64,000 nucleotides of DNA from Camelus dromedarius (Eukaryota): contig NC_087472.1 of NCBI RefSeq assembly GCF_036321535.1, forward strand, positions 92,692,001-92,756,000. The letters are read 5' to 3'. The notes under the pieces were generated by a model, which had not been told where the DNA came from, did not search any database, and saw only the letters and a list, made by a program, of their open reading frames with translations. Within the stretch, counting starts at the first letter, position 1. The number at the start of each line of letters is the position of its first letter. Positions 13,190 to 24,885 of this stretch are shown piece after piece. The position numbers were made by a program, and so were the translations under genes.

Positions 13190-13860
13190 GGGTAATAACT
13201 TCACTAAATGGTCAGATCAAAAAACAAAATTACCAACCTTTCCTGCCAGCAATGGGAAATAACTTACTGGCCAAAAATAAACCACAACACCAAACTGGTA
13301 GAGCAGAAAATAAAGAAGAGAAAAACAGAGTCAACAACAGAGAGCCAACAAATTTCTACTGCTGCTAAGAATTCACCTTTGAGATCCAAGAAAAGGAACA
13401 GTCTAGATTTAAACTGCTCACAAGGTGCCTTTCTCTGGTGAGAAGTTTACCTGGCTCTGGTAGGTGAAACCACTGGACATCTTGTTGGAAGACCTCCAAA
13501 ACTTTTAAAAGATAATTTTTAGAAAAAGGTAATATAATCACTCAGATAGATACGAAAATGAACACATTAAAATTTTTATTTTTACTCATTAAATGAGGAA
13601 ACCAAACAGATGTCATAACTAGTTCAAAGAAAAAAATCTAAAAAAGCAGATATTTCTATGGTGTAAATGAACTGCAAATGGAGGCAAAACTAGTTTATTT
13701 CCAATTGGGAGAGAAGTCAAGGGAAACTCCCTGGAACAAGACAGAATTTACTTAGACTTGTACAATAGCTCAAAGGCAATGGAAGTCCAGAAGCACGTGC
13801 TATTTGTGACAATGCATACTTTTCCACTGAAACACACATTTCACACATAAAGTTTATTTG
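13190..13860. mobile_element. Ancient ERVL-class LTR (LTR41-like)
   Basis: Motif tttttactcattaaatgaggaaacc..cagatgt and its flanks resemble the recalled LTR41 consensus. Boundaries approximate. Confidence 0.5.
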
Positions 13861-14109
13861 CAGACAAAATAAAATAGGAAAAACCTACAATATAGAAATT
13901 ATGGTTTATGTGGGAAGCAGTGTCAAGAGTCACTGAATGGTGAGACTAAGATTAATTCTGGCCCCTGGAGCTCATACTCAATTTAAAGAATTTTTGACAT
14001 TTTGCATTTACTTGCTTTTAGATTTTCAAAGCACTGGTAAAAATACTCATCTTCTTTCGTTAGGTAGCTATTCCTCAGTCCAGTATGAGAAAAGTTTCAA
14101 CAATTAGGG

Positions 14110-14275
14110 CTATTCAAAAATGGCATGTTGGCCCCTGGAGTGAGATTCCCAACACTAGAGATATTCAAACAATGCTTGAATGACTGGTTCATTCTTAAAA
14201 GGGAATTCCTGCACTGTGTATGAGGCTGGATTCCATGACCTTTAAGTTCTCTCACAATTCTAAACTCTATGGCTA
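14110..14275 (+). mobile_element. CR1/L3 (or MIR3) 3' end
   Basis: gggaattcctgcactg...ggctggattccatgacctttaagttctctcacaattctaaactctatg matches the CR1 3' terminus. Confidence 0.65.
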
Positions 14276-14403
14276 GATGCTAAATAGATATCACATATCA
14301 CTCTCCTTCAAAACAACTGAGCTTAATATTCTAGTCACATTTTAATTTTCACATCATTTTTAATGAAAACCGTTCAAAGACATACATTGTCAAAAAACAT
14401 AAC

Positions 14404-14483
14404 CTGTAGGTTCTGGATACAATATGCCCATTTGTATATAAATTGAATAATTATAAATCCCACTATAAATGTCTGTTAGCAGA
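14404..14483 (-). pseudogene. Candidate pseudo-exon (80 nt, phase 2 to 1): LLTDIYSGIYNYSIYIQMGILYPEPT
   Basis: Acceptor gttctctctgcag, donor CAG|gttatg, open frame. Confidence 0.4.
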
Positions 14484-14584
14484 CTGCAGAGAGAACTTTC
14501 ACAGCATGATCTCACAGCATGGTCCAAAGGAGAAGAACAGAGCCTGTCATAATGTTTAAAATCAAGAGAATCAGAGAAGTTCAC

Positions 14585-14672
14585 TTGGGAAGTGAATTTC
14601 TCCACAGTCATGCTTCTGTAAAGATTTCAGCCTTAAGGTCCTGTTCATTTGTGTGTCCCTCGCACTCAACCT
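14585..14672 (-). pseudogene. Candidate pseudo-exon (88 nt, phase 1 to 2): VECEGHTNEQDLKAEIFTEA*LWRNSLP
   Basis: Acceptor ttttgtgttctgaaatacag, weak donor gtgaac, one TGA, 101-nt intron to the next exon. Confidence 0.35.
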
Positions 14673-15106
14673 CTGTATTTCAGAACACAAAACAATACAC
14701 ATGTTTAAGACTGTATAGAGCATTTTTCTTTGTTTCAATTTTTCCCCTTTTTTTCCCTACAGTGTTAAGTCCAATTGTATTATTGAAGATTGAGTGTCTT
14801 TTTCTTGAATATGTATTCCACAGCCTATAAGCTCTACTTGTAGAGTAAGGAAATCCAAGTGTGAACTCCAGATCAAACACTAAATCTCTGTGACACACTG
14901 GGCCTCTCTAAGCCTCCATTTCCATGCCTGAAAAATTGATAATAATTCATACCACAAATGGTTGACGTAAACTTAGCATGTAAAAAGCTCAGATGCAGTT
15001 CTGATTAATCATTAATCATCATTAAATGAAACCTATTATTTTATGAGAATCAGCTTAATTCTTAATTTATGTTGACAATGTTGAACTTTACCCAAGTATT
15101 TCAATC

Positions 15107-15982
15107 TGGGAAAAGAGTGATGGTTTAAAAAGTCACCCTCTTTTTGTTTGGGAGTTTTACTGCCTTCCCCACATGATTTAGACACGACTCACAGGTGTCT
15201 CACCTTGTTTATCTATGACAAAGCCAGATACAGACCCTGCAAATTACCATCCTTTTCCTTATAAATGATTACTTGAGCTGTGTGTACCCATTGACCAACC
15301 TGGATAAAATACTTACTCCCTTGGTTTGACCATCTTTTTTTTTTTTAATTGAAGTACAGCCAATTACAATGTGTCAATTTCTGGTGTACAGCACAATGTC
15401 CCAGTCATGAATATACATACATATATTCATTTTAATATTCTTTTTCATTAAATGTTATTATAAGATATTGAACATAGTTCCCTGTGCTATACAGAAGAAA
15501 CTTTTTAAAATTTATTTTTATATATAGTGGCTAACATTTGTAAATCTCAAACTCCCAAATTTATCCCTTCCCATCCCCTTTACCTGGTAACTATAAAACT
15601 GTTTACTATGTGGTTTGACCATCTTAACTAAAACTTCTTTCCTTCTTCCAGGCTTTTGAACTTTGACACACTCTTAGCCTGAGCCAGCATAAAACCCCCC
15701 TACAAGGGTCCCTCCAGAGCACTGACTGACCTTAGGGAAAAACATTCCCTAATCAACTGTATAATCATGTCATCATGCCACCTTTTCATTTGCCTTCCCC
15801 ACATCAGTTTATTTTTCCCCTAGACTTGTTCAGTCCTCCCTGTAAATATCCTTTCCTGCCTGACCATAGGAACACTTATAGATATCCTGGTTGGACTGTT
15901 CTCCCTACAAGAGTCTCTCTTGCAATTATCCTTTTGAATAAAGTCTCTCTTTATCTACATCCAAACTTGTTTTTATCTGACA
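15107..15982 (+). mobile_element. ERV1-type solo LTR (MER34/MER39-like) split by an L1 fragment
   Basis: TG...CA ends, AATAAA at ~15937, LTR-like composition on both sides of the insert. Confidence 0.7.
15337..15610 (-). mobile_element. Young 5'-truncated L1 3'UTR
   Basis: Reverse complement of the 4270-4520 3'UTR type. Perfect 15-bp TSD tggtttgaccatctt (15322-15336 / 15611-15625). Confidence 0.93.
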
Positions 15983-16769
15983 ATATCAGCATTATGTAGC
16001 TTACTATTTACCTCTATTAAGTGTTCCTCTACATAAATTGAAGACTATTTTAATACAAAGAGATGGATAAGCATAAGACTCATTTGACAGTCCTTCATAG
16101 CATGTATATTTTATCTACTACACTGAACTATGGACACCAGAATGATATTCAGTCTAATTCACTTTCAAAATGACATGCCTGCAACTAGTAGCCTTGAAAA
16201 GGATGAGGCAAATGGCCTTTTGAAAAAATTATTGCCACGTAGATTCCTTTAATTAGTGGCCTCACAGTTGGAGTTTCCATTGTTCTCTTTCTAGGAATCA
16301 TTTTAACCCTAGTTTCCAAACATAAATTATAATTTGAAAAACATATTGCATGTTTTATTTCAGTGTTTTAATTTAGGAGATTAGAGCAGGTAAATCAAGT
16401 GTTAGTTACAACAGTTTTTCCATTATTTTGGTGAGTTATATATTTGAGTAACTATGATAATGGGATCTATCTGCATTGACTATGACACTGTAGCGCAGTG
16501 AGAATGAACATAACCCCTACTCAAGTGATTTCTAAATCAGAATATGAAACATACAGAGATGGACAGGATTCTAAAACACTATGAATTACGCAATAATTTC
16601 AGTGTTTTTCACATAAGAAGTAAACGAGAAACACTGCAAACATAGATTCTGTTTTACTAAATGCATGGCTTTACTGTTAAGACTGGAAGAAGTTTAAAAA
16701 ATGAGATTTGGATAACTATCTCAGAAAAAAAGTTCAAAATAAATAAGTTTTTCTTACTTAACACTCCAA

Positions 16770-16945
16770 GACAGCAGTTATTACTCTGCTCATCAGAATC
16801 ACCGAGTGATATTAAAAACATGGATGCTTGGGCCTCACCCTACGTGCCTCCTTAATTGGAAATTCTGAAAGTAGGGGCCAGTAATTTATGTATTTTTAAA
16901 CCGTGCCAGGGGATTTTTGTTGCACAGTAAGGACTAGGCAACACA
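16770..16945. mobile_element. MER5-like hAT MITE
   Basis: catcagaatcacc..gatgcttgggcctcacc..gtaggggccag..tgtatttttaaac pattern. Confidence 0.65.
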
Positions 16946-17399
16946 TAAGGCCACAAAGCATTCTTTGCCTCTGGCAATCAATGAAACTAGGTTACTATAT
17001 TCTTTAGAGATACCTACATTTCTCTTGCCTTAAATGCAAGTCTCTCAGGAAAATAAACATGGTGCATAGCTGGTTTGCTCCCCACACTCAAAGTATCAAA
17101 AACGAATCACAACTGAAAAATAAAATCAGTTTCAGGCTTATGGAAGGACAGGCAGAATAGATAATAAAAAAATCTTGTAGAAAATCTTGATTTAATAGTT
17201 AGATTAGCTTTTATGTTGTCATTTTTTTCTAACAAGAATAAAATGAGCGCACATTTCATTCAATAAGAATTAAGTTAGGCGTGGATACACAAAAGGGCTG
17301 CAGCTTGCAGGTCATGTTGCTGCCAATACTCAATCCAGTTCTGACCAGAGAAGTATTATCCATGTTTGCAAAGCCACAGCTGCCAGTTTGGGGTGAGGG

Positions 17400-17917
17400 G
17401 AGGGAATCAGGTCAATGTGAGCTCAGAATCGGTGGCTCTAGGGCTACATCATGTTGTTTGCCAAGATGGGATGGCTAGACCTTTGCTTTGGCAATTCATT
17501 TGTTCCTCAGATGTGGTGAAGAGGTCTAATGCTCTTCTATGGCTGGTTCTTTCTCTCTTCTGGCCACAAGGGAGAATTCTACTTCTTGGCCACCTTGTCA
17601 CTGGCACGATTATGAGAATTCTAGCTAAATAGTTGTCGGGAGTGTTGGAGGTCACTTCTGTACCACAGTGTTTAATTTAATTGAAAAATTTTCTAGCATT
17701 CACCTTCCTCCTGCCACAGTGACCAGCAGCATTCCACTTGTTGGAGTCTTTCTCAGGCCTGAGTCTGAGTGAGGATAACATGCAGCACAGCCCTGTCCTC
17801 ATCCAGAAATGGACATGTGATCAGAGCCACCAACAAACACTTCTTTGGTTGCTTAGTCCACTGATATTTGGGGTTTATTTGTTACTACAGTGTAACCTAG
17901 ACTATGCTGACTGATAC
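17400..17917 (+). mobile_element. MaLR LTR (MLT1H/J-like)
   Basis: 3' end ttggggtttatttgttactacagtgtaacctagactatgctgactgatac is typical of MLT1. Confidence 0.7.
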
Positions 17918-18032
17918 TCAAGTCAAGTAGATGGAAACCCATTACATAATGCAAAGTTATCAAGAGCCCCTGTATCCACTATTAAGTGTTCATCTTCACT
18001 CTTTTTAGAGGGCCAGGAAAGCTATTCCTTAC

Positions 18033-18086
18033 CTATCTAGAGGCATTCTCTCTCCAAAACCTCAAAGTTAATACTAAAGAAAGGAT
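18033..18086 (-). pseudogene. Candidate pseudo-exon (54 nt, phase 1 to 1): PFFSINFEVLERECL*I
   Basis: Acceptor attaatttcag, strong donor TAG|gtaagg. Confidence 0.4.
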
Positions 18087-18714
18087 CTGAAATTAATCAT
18101 ATATGTCTAATCATGAGTTGAAGCCAATGTGTTCTCTCTAGCCAGATATTACATTTTATACATTATTCATAATTTTAATCAACCCTATTCCTAAGAACTG
18201 CACGATTAGTGATTCTTAGAAATTGTCTTCTAGGTTGAATGAAATTCTTAACTGCTAAAAACCCACAATCATTAATCTATAGTAATATCATCATCTTCTT
18301 TCCCTGTGACTCCTTAATCATAGCATACACCCATCAATAAATTGTGAATTCCTCAGGCTTCCTTCTGATTACATGCTAAGAAATTTTGCTTGATGTTTGA
18401 TATAGGAAAGACCTATATCTAGGTAACCTCAATTAAAACTGATTACTGTTCTGTATTCTCCCCATTTTTTCCCCTAGAGGTATGTGAAAGGCAAATTTAA
18501 CACAAGCCAGCACATTCCTATTTACTGCTAATTCATGCCAACTTGGAAATGAAACCAAGAACATCTTAAATCTAAATGAAAGCATGAAATGAGAAAACAC
18601 AAAGTACCACTTGTACTGCCAGCTTCCTTACAATAACACTATGTTCATTACAAGGATTCTGGTTCATTGAAAAATACTGCAGTAGGTGCAAACATTATTG
18701 AAAATGTGGCTTAC

Positions 18715-18823
18715 ATGCTGAACATGTGGTTCTCACATAGTCAATTTTGGCATAAAATAATTCAAGATAACCTTTGTGTATGTGATTATTAATCAGATAA
18801 TCCATGTTTGAAAGTTTCTCTAA
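18715..18823 (-). pseudogene. Candidate pseudo-exon (109 nt, phase 0 to 1): LEKLSNMDYLINNHIHKGYLELFYAKIDYVRTTCSA
   Basis: Donor T|gtaagc. Acceptor weak and uncertain. Open frame, continuing to an alternative donor gtaagg near 18631 with one stop. Confidence 0.35.
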
Positions 18824-18994
18824 CTTATTTGTGCATATGTGAAATACATATTTGAAACATAATAGCCATGAAAATTATAATTTATGGAGGTTATACACAG
18901 AGGTCTATGTTTCTAATTTCCTTTTATATTTTAAATATCAGGACTATGTGAATAAATATTATGGAGGGTACTTCAGACATAATGTTATATTATT

Positions 18995-21280
18995 TTTTAA
19001 TTAAAGACTTCATTTTAGAGCAGTTTTAGGTTCATAGCATAATTAAGAAGGTACAGATTTCCCATATAATCCCTGCTCCCACACATGCATAGCCTCCCTC
19101 ATTATCAACATACCCCACCAGAGAAGCACATTTTTTACAACTGATGAATCTACATTACCACCTTATAACCACCCAAAGTTCATAGTTTACATTATGGGTC
19201 ACTCTTGGTGTTGCACATTCTATGGGCTTGAACAAATGTTTAATGACATATATCCATCATTATAGTATACAGAGTAACTTCACTGCCCTAAAAACCCTCT
19301 GTGCTCTGCCTGATCATCCCTCCTCTCCATCCAACCCTGGAAACCACTGATCTTTTTTTGTCTCCTTAGTTTTGCCTTTTTCAGAATGTCAGATTATTGC
19401 AGACATATACTATATAGTCATTTCATACCACTTCTTTCACATAGTGATAATCATTCAAGGTTCCTCCATGTCTTTTCATGGCTTGGTAACTCATTTCATT
19501 TTAGCACTGGATGACATTCCATGGTCTGGAGGTACCAATTTATTAACCCATTCACCTACTGAGGGATATTTTGGTTGCTTCCATGTTTTTGCAATTATAA
19601 ATAAAGCTGCTCTAAATATCCAAGTGCAGATTTTTGTGTACATATAAGTTTTCAACTCCCTTGGGTAAATACCATGGGATGTGATTGCTGGATTGCATGG
19701 AGTATGTTTACTTCAATAAGAAACCACCAAACTGTCTTCCAAAGTAGCTGTAGCATTTTGCATTTCCATCAGCAATAAATGATTCCTATTGCTCCACATT
19801 CTCACCAGGACTTGGTGTTGTCCGCATTCCTGATTTTGGCCATTCTAACAAGTGTATAGTGGTATTTCACTGTTGTTTTAACTTGCATTACCCCATGACA
19901 TATGACGTGGAGCAACCTTTCATATGCTTACTCACCATCTATATATCTTTCTCAGTTAGGTGTCTTTTCAGGTTTTTGGCTCATTTTTTAATTGAGTTGT
20001 TGGTTTTCTTGTTGTTGAGTTTTGAGTGTTCTTTACGTATTTTGGTAACAGTCCTTCATCAAATGTGTTTTTCAAGTATTTTCTCTCAGTATGCGACTTG
20101 TCTTTTCATTTTCTTGACATTTTCTTTCACAGAGCAATTTTTTATTTTAATAAAACTCAGCTTATCAATTCTTTCTTTCATGGACCGTGTCTTTGGTGCT
20201 GTATCTACAAAGTCACCACCATAACCAAAATCATCTAGGTTTTCTCCTAGGTTATTTTCTAGGAGTTTTACAGAGTTTCTTGTTTTGGTTTATTAAATTT
20301 TTATTTTTGAGAAATAATATATGTGTATATCTAAAATGTGCAACATGATATCTTTTTTATTGAGTTATAGTCAGTTTACAATGTTGTGTCAATTTCTGGT
20401 GTACAGCACCATTTTTCAGTCATACATGAATATACATATATTCATTTTCATATTCTTTTTCGCCATGAGCTACTACAAGATCTTGAATATATTTCCCTGT
20501 GCTATACGGTATAAACTTGCTTATCTATTCTATATATACCTGTCAGTACATGGTATCTTGATATATGTATACTCTTTGAAATAATTACCACATTCAAATT
20601 AATTAACATATACAGTATTTCACCAAGTTAACTTTTTTATGTATATGGTAAGAATACCTAAGATCTACTCTTCTAGCAAACTTCAAGTATACAATATATT
20701 AAAATTAACTATAGTCTTCATGTTGTACATTAGGTCTGCAAAACTAATTCAATGTATAACTGAAAGTTTGTACTCTTAGATGAATATTTCCCCTGATCCT
20801 CCACCCCTCAGCCTCTGGAAACCACCATTCTACTCACCACTACTATAAGTTTGACTTCTTTTTTACATTCGCATATAAGTGAGATCACACTTTTCCCCCT
20901 GTATCCAGCTTATTTCACTTAGCATAATGTCTTCCAAGTTCATCCATGTTGTTGTAAATAGCAGGATCGCTTCCTTTTTAAAGACTTAATAATATTCCAT
21001 TTTACTTATACACATAACACATTGTCTTTATCCATTTATCTGCTGAAGGATACTTAAGTTATTTTCATATCTTGGCCACTATGAATAATGTTGCAATGAA
21101 CATGAGAAAGCAGATATCTACTTGAGATAATGATTTTATTTAAGAGTCTTAAGAGTTTTGTGTTTAATATTTATGTCTATGATATGTTTCAAATTAATTT
21201 TTAAGAATGGTATAAAGTCTGTGTCTAGATTCATTTTTTTGCATGTGGATGTCCATTTGTTAAAGAGACTATCTTTGCCC
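18995..21280 (-). mobile_element. L1MC1-like element carrying a nested L1MA 3' end (~20290-21140), itself carrying a young L1 3' fragment (~20356-20547)
   Basis: L1MC1 3' motif tttagagcagttttaggttcatagc. L1MA motif agaatacctaagatctactcttctagcaaa. Inner TSD acatgatatctt / acatggtatctt. Confidence 0.8.
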
Positions 21281-21357
21281 CATAATGCTATATTATTTTG
21301 AATATTTTTATTTCCATGTTAACCACAAAATCATCCACATTTCACCTAGGATGATAC

Positions 21358-21454
21358 CTTAACTTGAAGGCGAATAAAAGTATTTTCAGGAAGGCAATGG
21401 CTTTGAATATGAAAATCTCAACCACTTATTGTCATGTGTTGACAAGCAGGAACT
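21358..21454 (-). pseudogene. Candidate pseudo-exon (97 nt, phase 2 to 0): VPACQHMTISG*DFHIQSHCLPENTFIRLQVK
   Basis: Acceptor gtgtattttag, donor AAG|gtatca, a single TGA. Confidence 0.4.
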
Positions 21455-21739
21455 CTAAAATACACTACATATCTGCTGTGTCACTTGGCCCATTAATTCT
21501 TGAGCTCTTCTCCCTTAAATTTTCAGATATTGTGATTTTTTTCTCCGTATACTATATTACATGTTCTTTTTCCTTCTTCTTACAAGGTAGAGCAATAATT
21601 AAACAACTGAGAAGTAAAAATCCAAATGGGGTAGAAAGAAACCTATGGGCCAAATATATTCCAGTCTGCAGTCTTTAAATCTACTGCCCACACAATTTTA
21701 AGAAGATCATCTTCAATATTCTTCTTAATAATGGTATTA

Positions 21740-21950
21740 GACAACAATAAATGAGAGCAGAATCATGCTGCTAAGAACTGTATCTGCATTATCTCATATC
21801 TTCATAGCACCACAGTAGACACTAATACTATCTTCATTTTGTTGATAAAGAACCTTAAGCTCAGAGAAATTAAATAACTTTCCCTTCAGATAAGAGATTT
21901 AACAGGAATTCAAACACAGGTCTAGGTTGACAGTCTAGGATTTTCATCCA
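21740..21950 (-). mobile_element. MIR SINE
   Basis: cattttgttgataaagaacc.taagctcagagaaattaaataacttt core. Confidence 0.65.
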
Positions 21951-21974
21951 GCTATAAGAACAAATGCTGAATAC

Positions 21975-22001
21975 CTCATCCCCCTTGCTGGAATATGCTT
22001 G
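21975..22001 (-). pseudogene. Candidate 27-nt micro-exon (phase 2 to 2): KHIPARGM
   Basis: Good acceptor tttgtttttcatttctaag, donor GAG|gtattc. Confidence 0.3.
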
Positions 22002-22550
22002 CTTAGAAATGAAAAACAAATAGAAGGCAGCATAATGAGGTTTCCAACAAGAAGCCAGTAAGAAAAGAAAAATGTGTTATTTCTCTTTTGTATATAATGG
22101 GGTTTATAGATAATATTTTGTGTCATGCTAGAGTTCCACTTTACAGACTTTCATTATCCTCCTCTTGAATGTTCCTTCTTTATTCCCACAAAGCCTCTAT
22201 TCCAAAATGCCTTTTAGCACAAGACAATGCCAAATGGCATGATCAAGCTAGTGAAAACAACAAAGACAAAATGACTTAATTTAAGGGCTTTTTCCCACGG
22301 AGGACAAACTGGTCAACGATCAATAATCAGCGACTCCCTTTCCATGAAAGCCCATTTGTAAGTAATTAAAGCAGTAGACAAACCTGATTATGTTAAGATA
22401 CATAAATAACCATATATTTTATTTGCTTTCTTAAACACAGCATTCTCTATTAGAACATTTCTTAAATATGTACTATCTGCCAATTGTGCTAAATTTATTA
22501 CATAAGTTGTATCATATAATCATCACAATAAACTAATACACAGACATGCC

Positions 22551-22679
22551 ACGGTGATCATATAATTTATAATCCAAACTAGGATCATTTTGAGAATGAA
22601 GGAAGATGCTATTAAAAATTGGACAGCACTATGGTCTTACACTTAGACACTCTCAAGTAAATATAGATATGGTCACCTA
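22551..22679. mobile_element. MER81 (hAT-Blackjack) MITE inside a MIR
   Basis: ggtgatcatataatttataatccaaac...atatggtcaccta TIR-like ends match recalled MER81. Confidence 0.75.
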
Positions 22680-22852
22680 TTATCTCAAACTTTATAGCTG
22701 AATAACGTAAAAGCTGAAAAAATTTAAGTGGCTTGTTCATTGTTATACCACAATGACGTAACAGTTCTAAGACTTGGCCTTAGACACGCCTGACACCAAA
22801 GTCCATTTTGCTAAATTATAGTCACTATAAGCAGAAGGTACAATGTAGTGTA

Positions 22853-23035
22853 CTGGTTCTCAAATTTTAGCATATGTGAGACTCACTGGGGTGACATGAT
22901 AAAATTCACTTTCCTGGGTCCCCACCCCAAGAGGTTGTGACCCAACAGTTATGGTTTAGGGCTCAGGAAATTTATATTTTTCCAAGCACATCCCTCTTCT
23001 TATGCAGGTGGGTTGGTGCTAAACTTGGAGATGCA
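22853..23035. mobile_element. MER5A-like MITE
   Basis: ctggttctcaaattttagcat...cctgggtccccaccccaagag..ttatgcaggtgg pattern. Confidence 0.65.
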
Positions 23036-23170
23036 TCATTATTCTTCTATCTGAATAAATACTTATGAGGCAAGATTGTATTTTATTAAACCTAACATGG
23101 TCAAAAAATGAATGAAGAAAAAATAAGTAGGCAATGCAGGAAAGACTTAGCCTACCCTACCGTAACATAC

Positions 23171-23837
23171 AAACCTTTTAAATTATAAAAGATACAGTAT
23201 AAAACTTTGTCAACTGGGGTTTGATTAGCTAGTCCGTTATCTCATTAAGACGTGTCCTAAAGTACTTTAAAAAATAAATTATTTCTCTCCCACTCAGAAA
23301 CTTGTTGTTTACATTCTTTTTACTATTATGTTCCGTCCATTCACTCCAAGCAGAATCAAGTTGCTTTCATCTTGCCAGTTTAGTGCTGGAAGTTTTTCTT
23401 TTCTGACTTGTGAAGATTACAAACTGTGTTGTAAATTATGAACTCCAACTAATGCCAAAGAATAACATTTACATTTTTAAAAGATGCAAACTAAGCAATA
23501 AGTTAATATTTTCACTTTCTCTCCTTACTTAGGTCAGTAACTTGCATGACATAGTAAGTAGGTCCTGCCCAAATATGTATTTATTTAATTTACAACAAAA
23601 AGGTTTAAAAACCATCATCTCATGGTAGAATAAATTGAGAATGATTCCCATAAAATGTGGACAGTACCTACTTTGGTTATTTCCACTGTACTTAGAAAAT
23701 TATAGTATTTTCCCCAGATTCCCCATGGAATAAAATAACACAGACAGTATCACAAAGCCATTTAATTAGCAGAAGGGTTAGCATAACATATGTGTTCAGG
23801 AAAAACCAATCATAGTTGAATTCTCAGCTTCATCCCA
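23171..23837 (-). pseudogene. Cluster of weaker candidate pseudo-exons (23672-23837, 23313-23423, ~23171-23256)
   Basis: 23313-23423 reads FVIFTSQKRKTSSTKLAR*KQLDSAWSEWTEHNSKKN. Boundaries ambiguous; one implied intron is only ~55 nt. Confidence 0.22.
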
Positions 23838-24139
23838 CTGGCAAGCATTTTAGTTTAGCCAGAGCATTCAGGGACAGAAGAGATACAAAGAGTATATCAA
23901 GTTAAAAGAATGATAGAAATCTATTTTTCCTTTCCTGGGGACAATAGTACTTCTATATTGGAAAGTGTCCATCTCTAAGAGTCACGAAGTTTTTCCATAT
24001 TTCTACTCCATAAATGATTAATTTCCCTCAAACGTTCAAGAAAGTTGCTATTTAGTGATGAAACCAAAACATAAGGAAATCAGGAGATACCCAATATCCT
24101 ACAAAAGACCTAGTGGTCAAATAAATAAGTAAAATAAAG

Positions 24140-24885
24140 ACTATAATAAAAAGACAAACACCTTAATTTAAAAAACAGTAAAGGATCTGTTTGGAGGATC
24201 CCCAAAATTTTAAACAGAGAATTACCATGTGACCCAGCAATTCCACGCCTAGGTATATATTCGAAAAGAAATCAGAACAGGTATTCAAACAAAAACTTGT
24301 ACACAAGTCTTCATAGCACCACTATTCACAATAACCAAAAAGTAGAAATAACCCAAATGAACACCAACCAATAAAGGGATAAAATATGGTATATCCATAA
24401 CATGGAAGATTATTCAGCAAAAAAAAAAAAAAAAAGAGAGAGAAAAAGAAACAGTGATACATGCTACAACATGGGTAAACCTTGAACACATTATGCTAAG
24501 TGGAAGAAGATACAAAAGGCCACAAATTATTTGATTTCATTTATATGAAATATCTAGAATAGGCAAATCTATAGAAATAGAAAGTAGATTGGTGGTTGCC
24601 TAGGGCTGGGATGCATGAATAAGGAATGACTGTTAATGGGTCTGAAGTTTCTTTTTGGGTTAATGAAATGTTCTAAAAGTGGTTGTGGTAATAGTTGTAC
24701 AAATTTGTAAATATACTAAAAGCTATTACATGTGGGTTTAATTTTATGGTATGTAAATTAAATCTCAATGAAGCTGTTTAAAAGTAAAGTGAAATAAAAA
24801 TAAAACTTATACTAAATGTCACTGAATTGTTCAATTTAAAATGGTTAATTTAATGCTTTATGAATTTCACTTCAATTAAAAATAT
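24140..24885 (+). mobile_element. L1MB-type 3' end
   Basis: gaattaccatgtgacccagcaattccac..., gaataggcaaatctatagaaatagaaagtagattggtggttgcc. Confidence 0.85.

Noticed and set aside
13451..13501. 51-nt minus-strand AG..GT segment open in all three frames
   Set aside because: It lies inside the LTR41-like element and has a weak acceptor.
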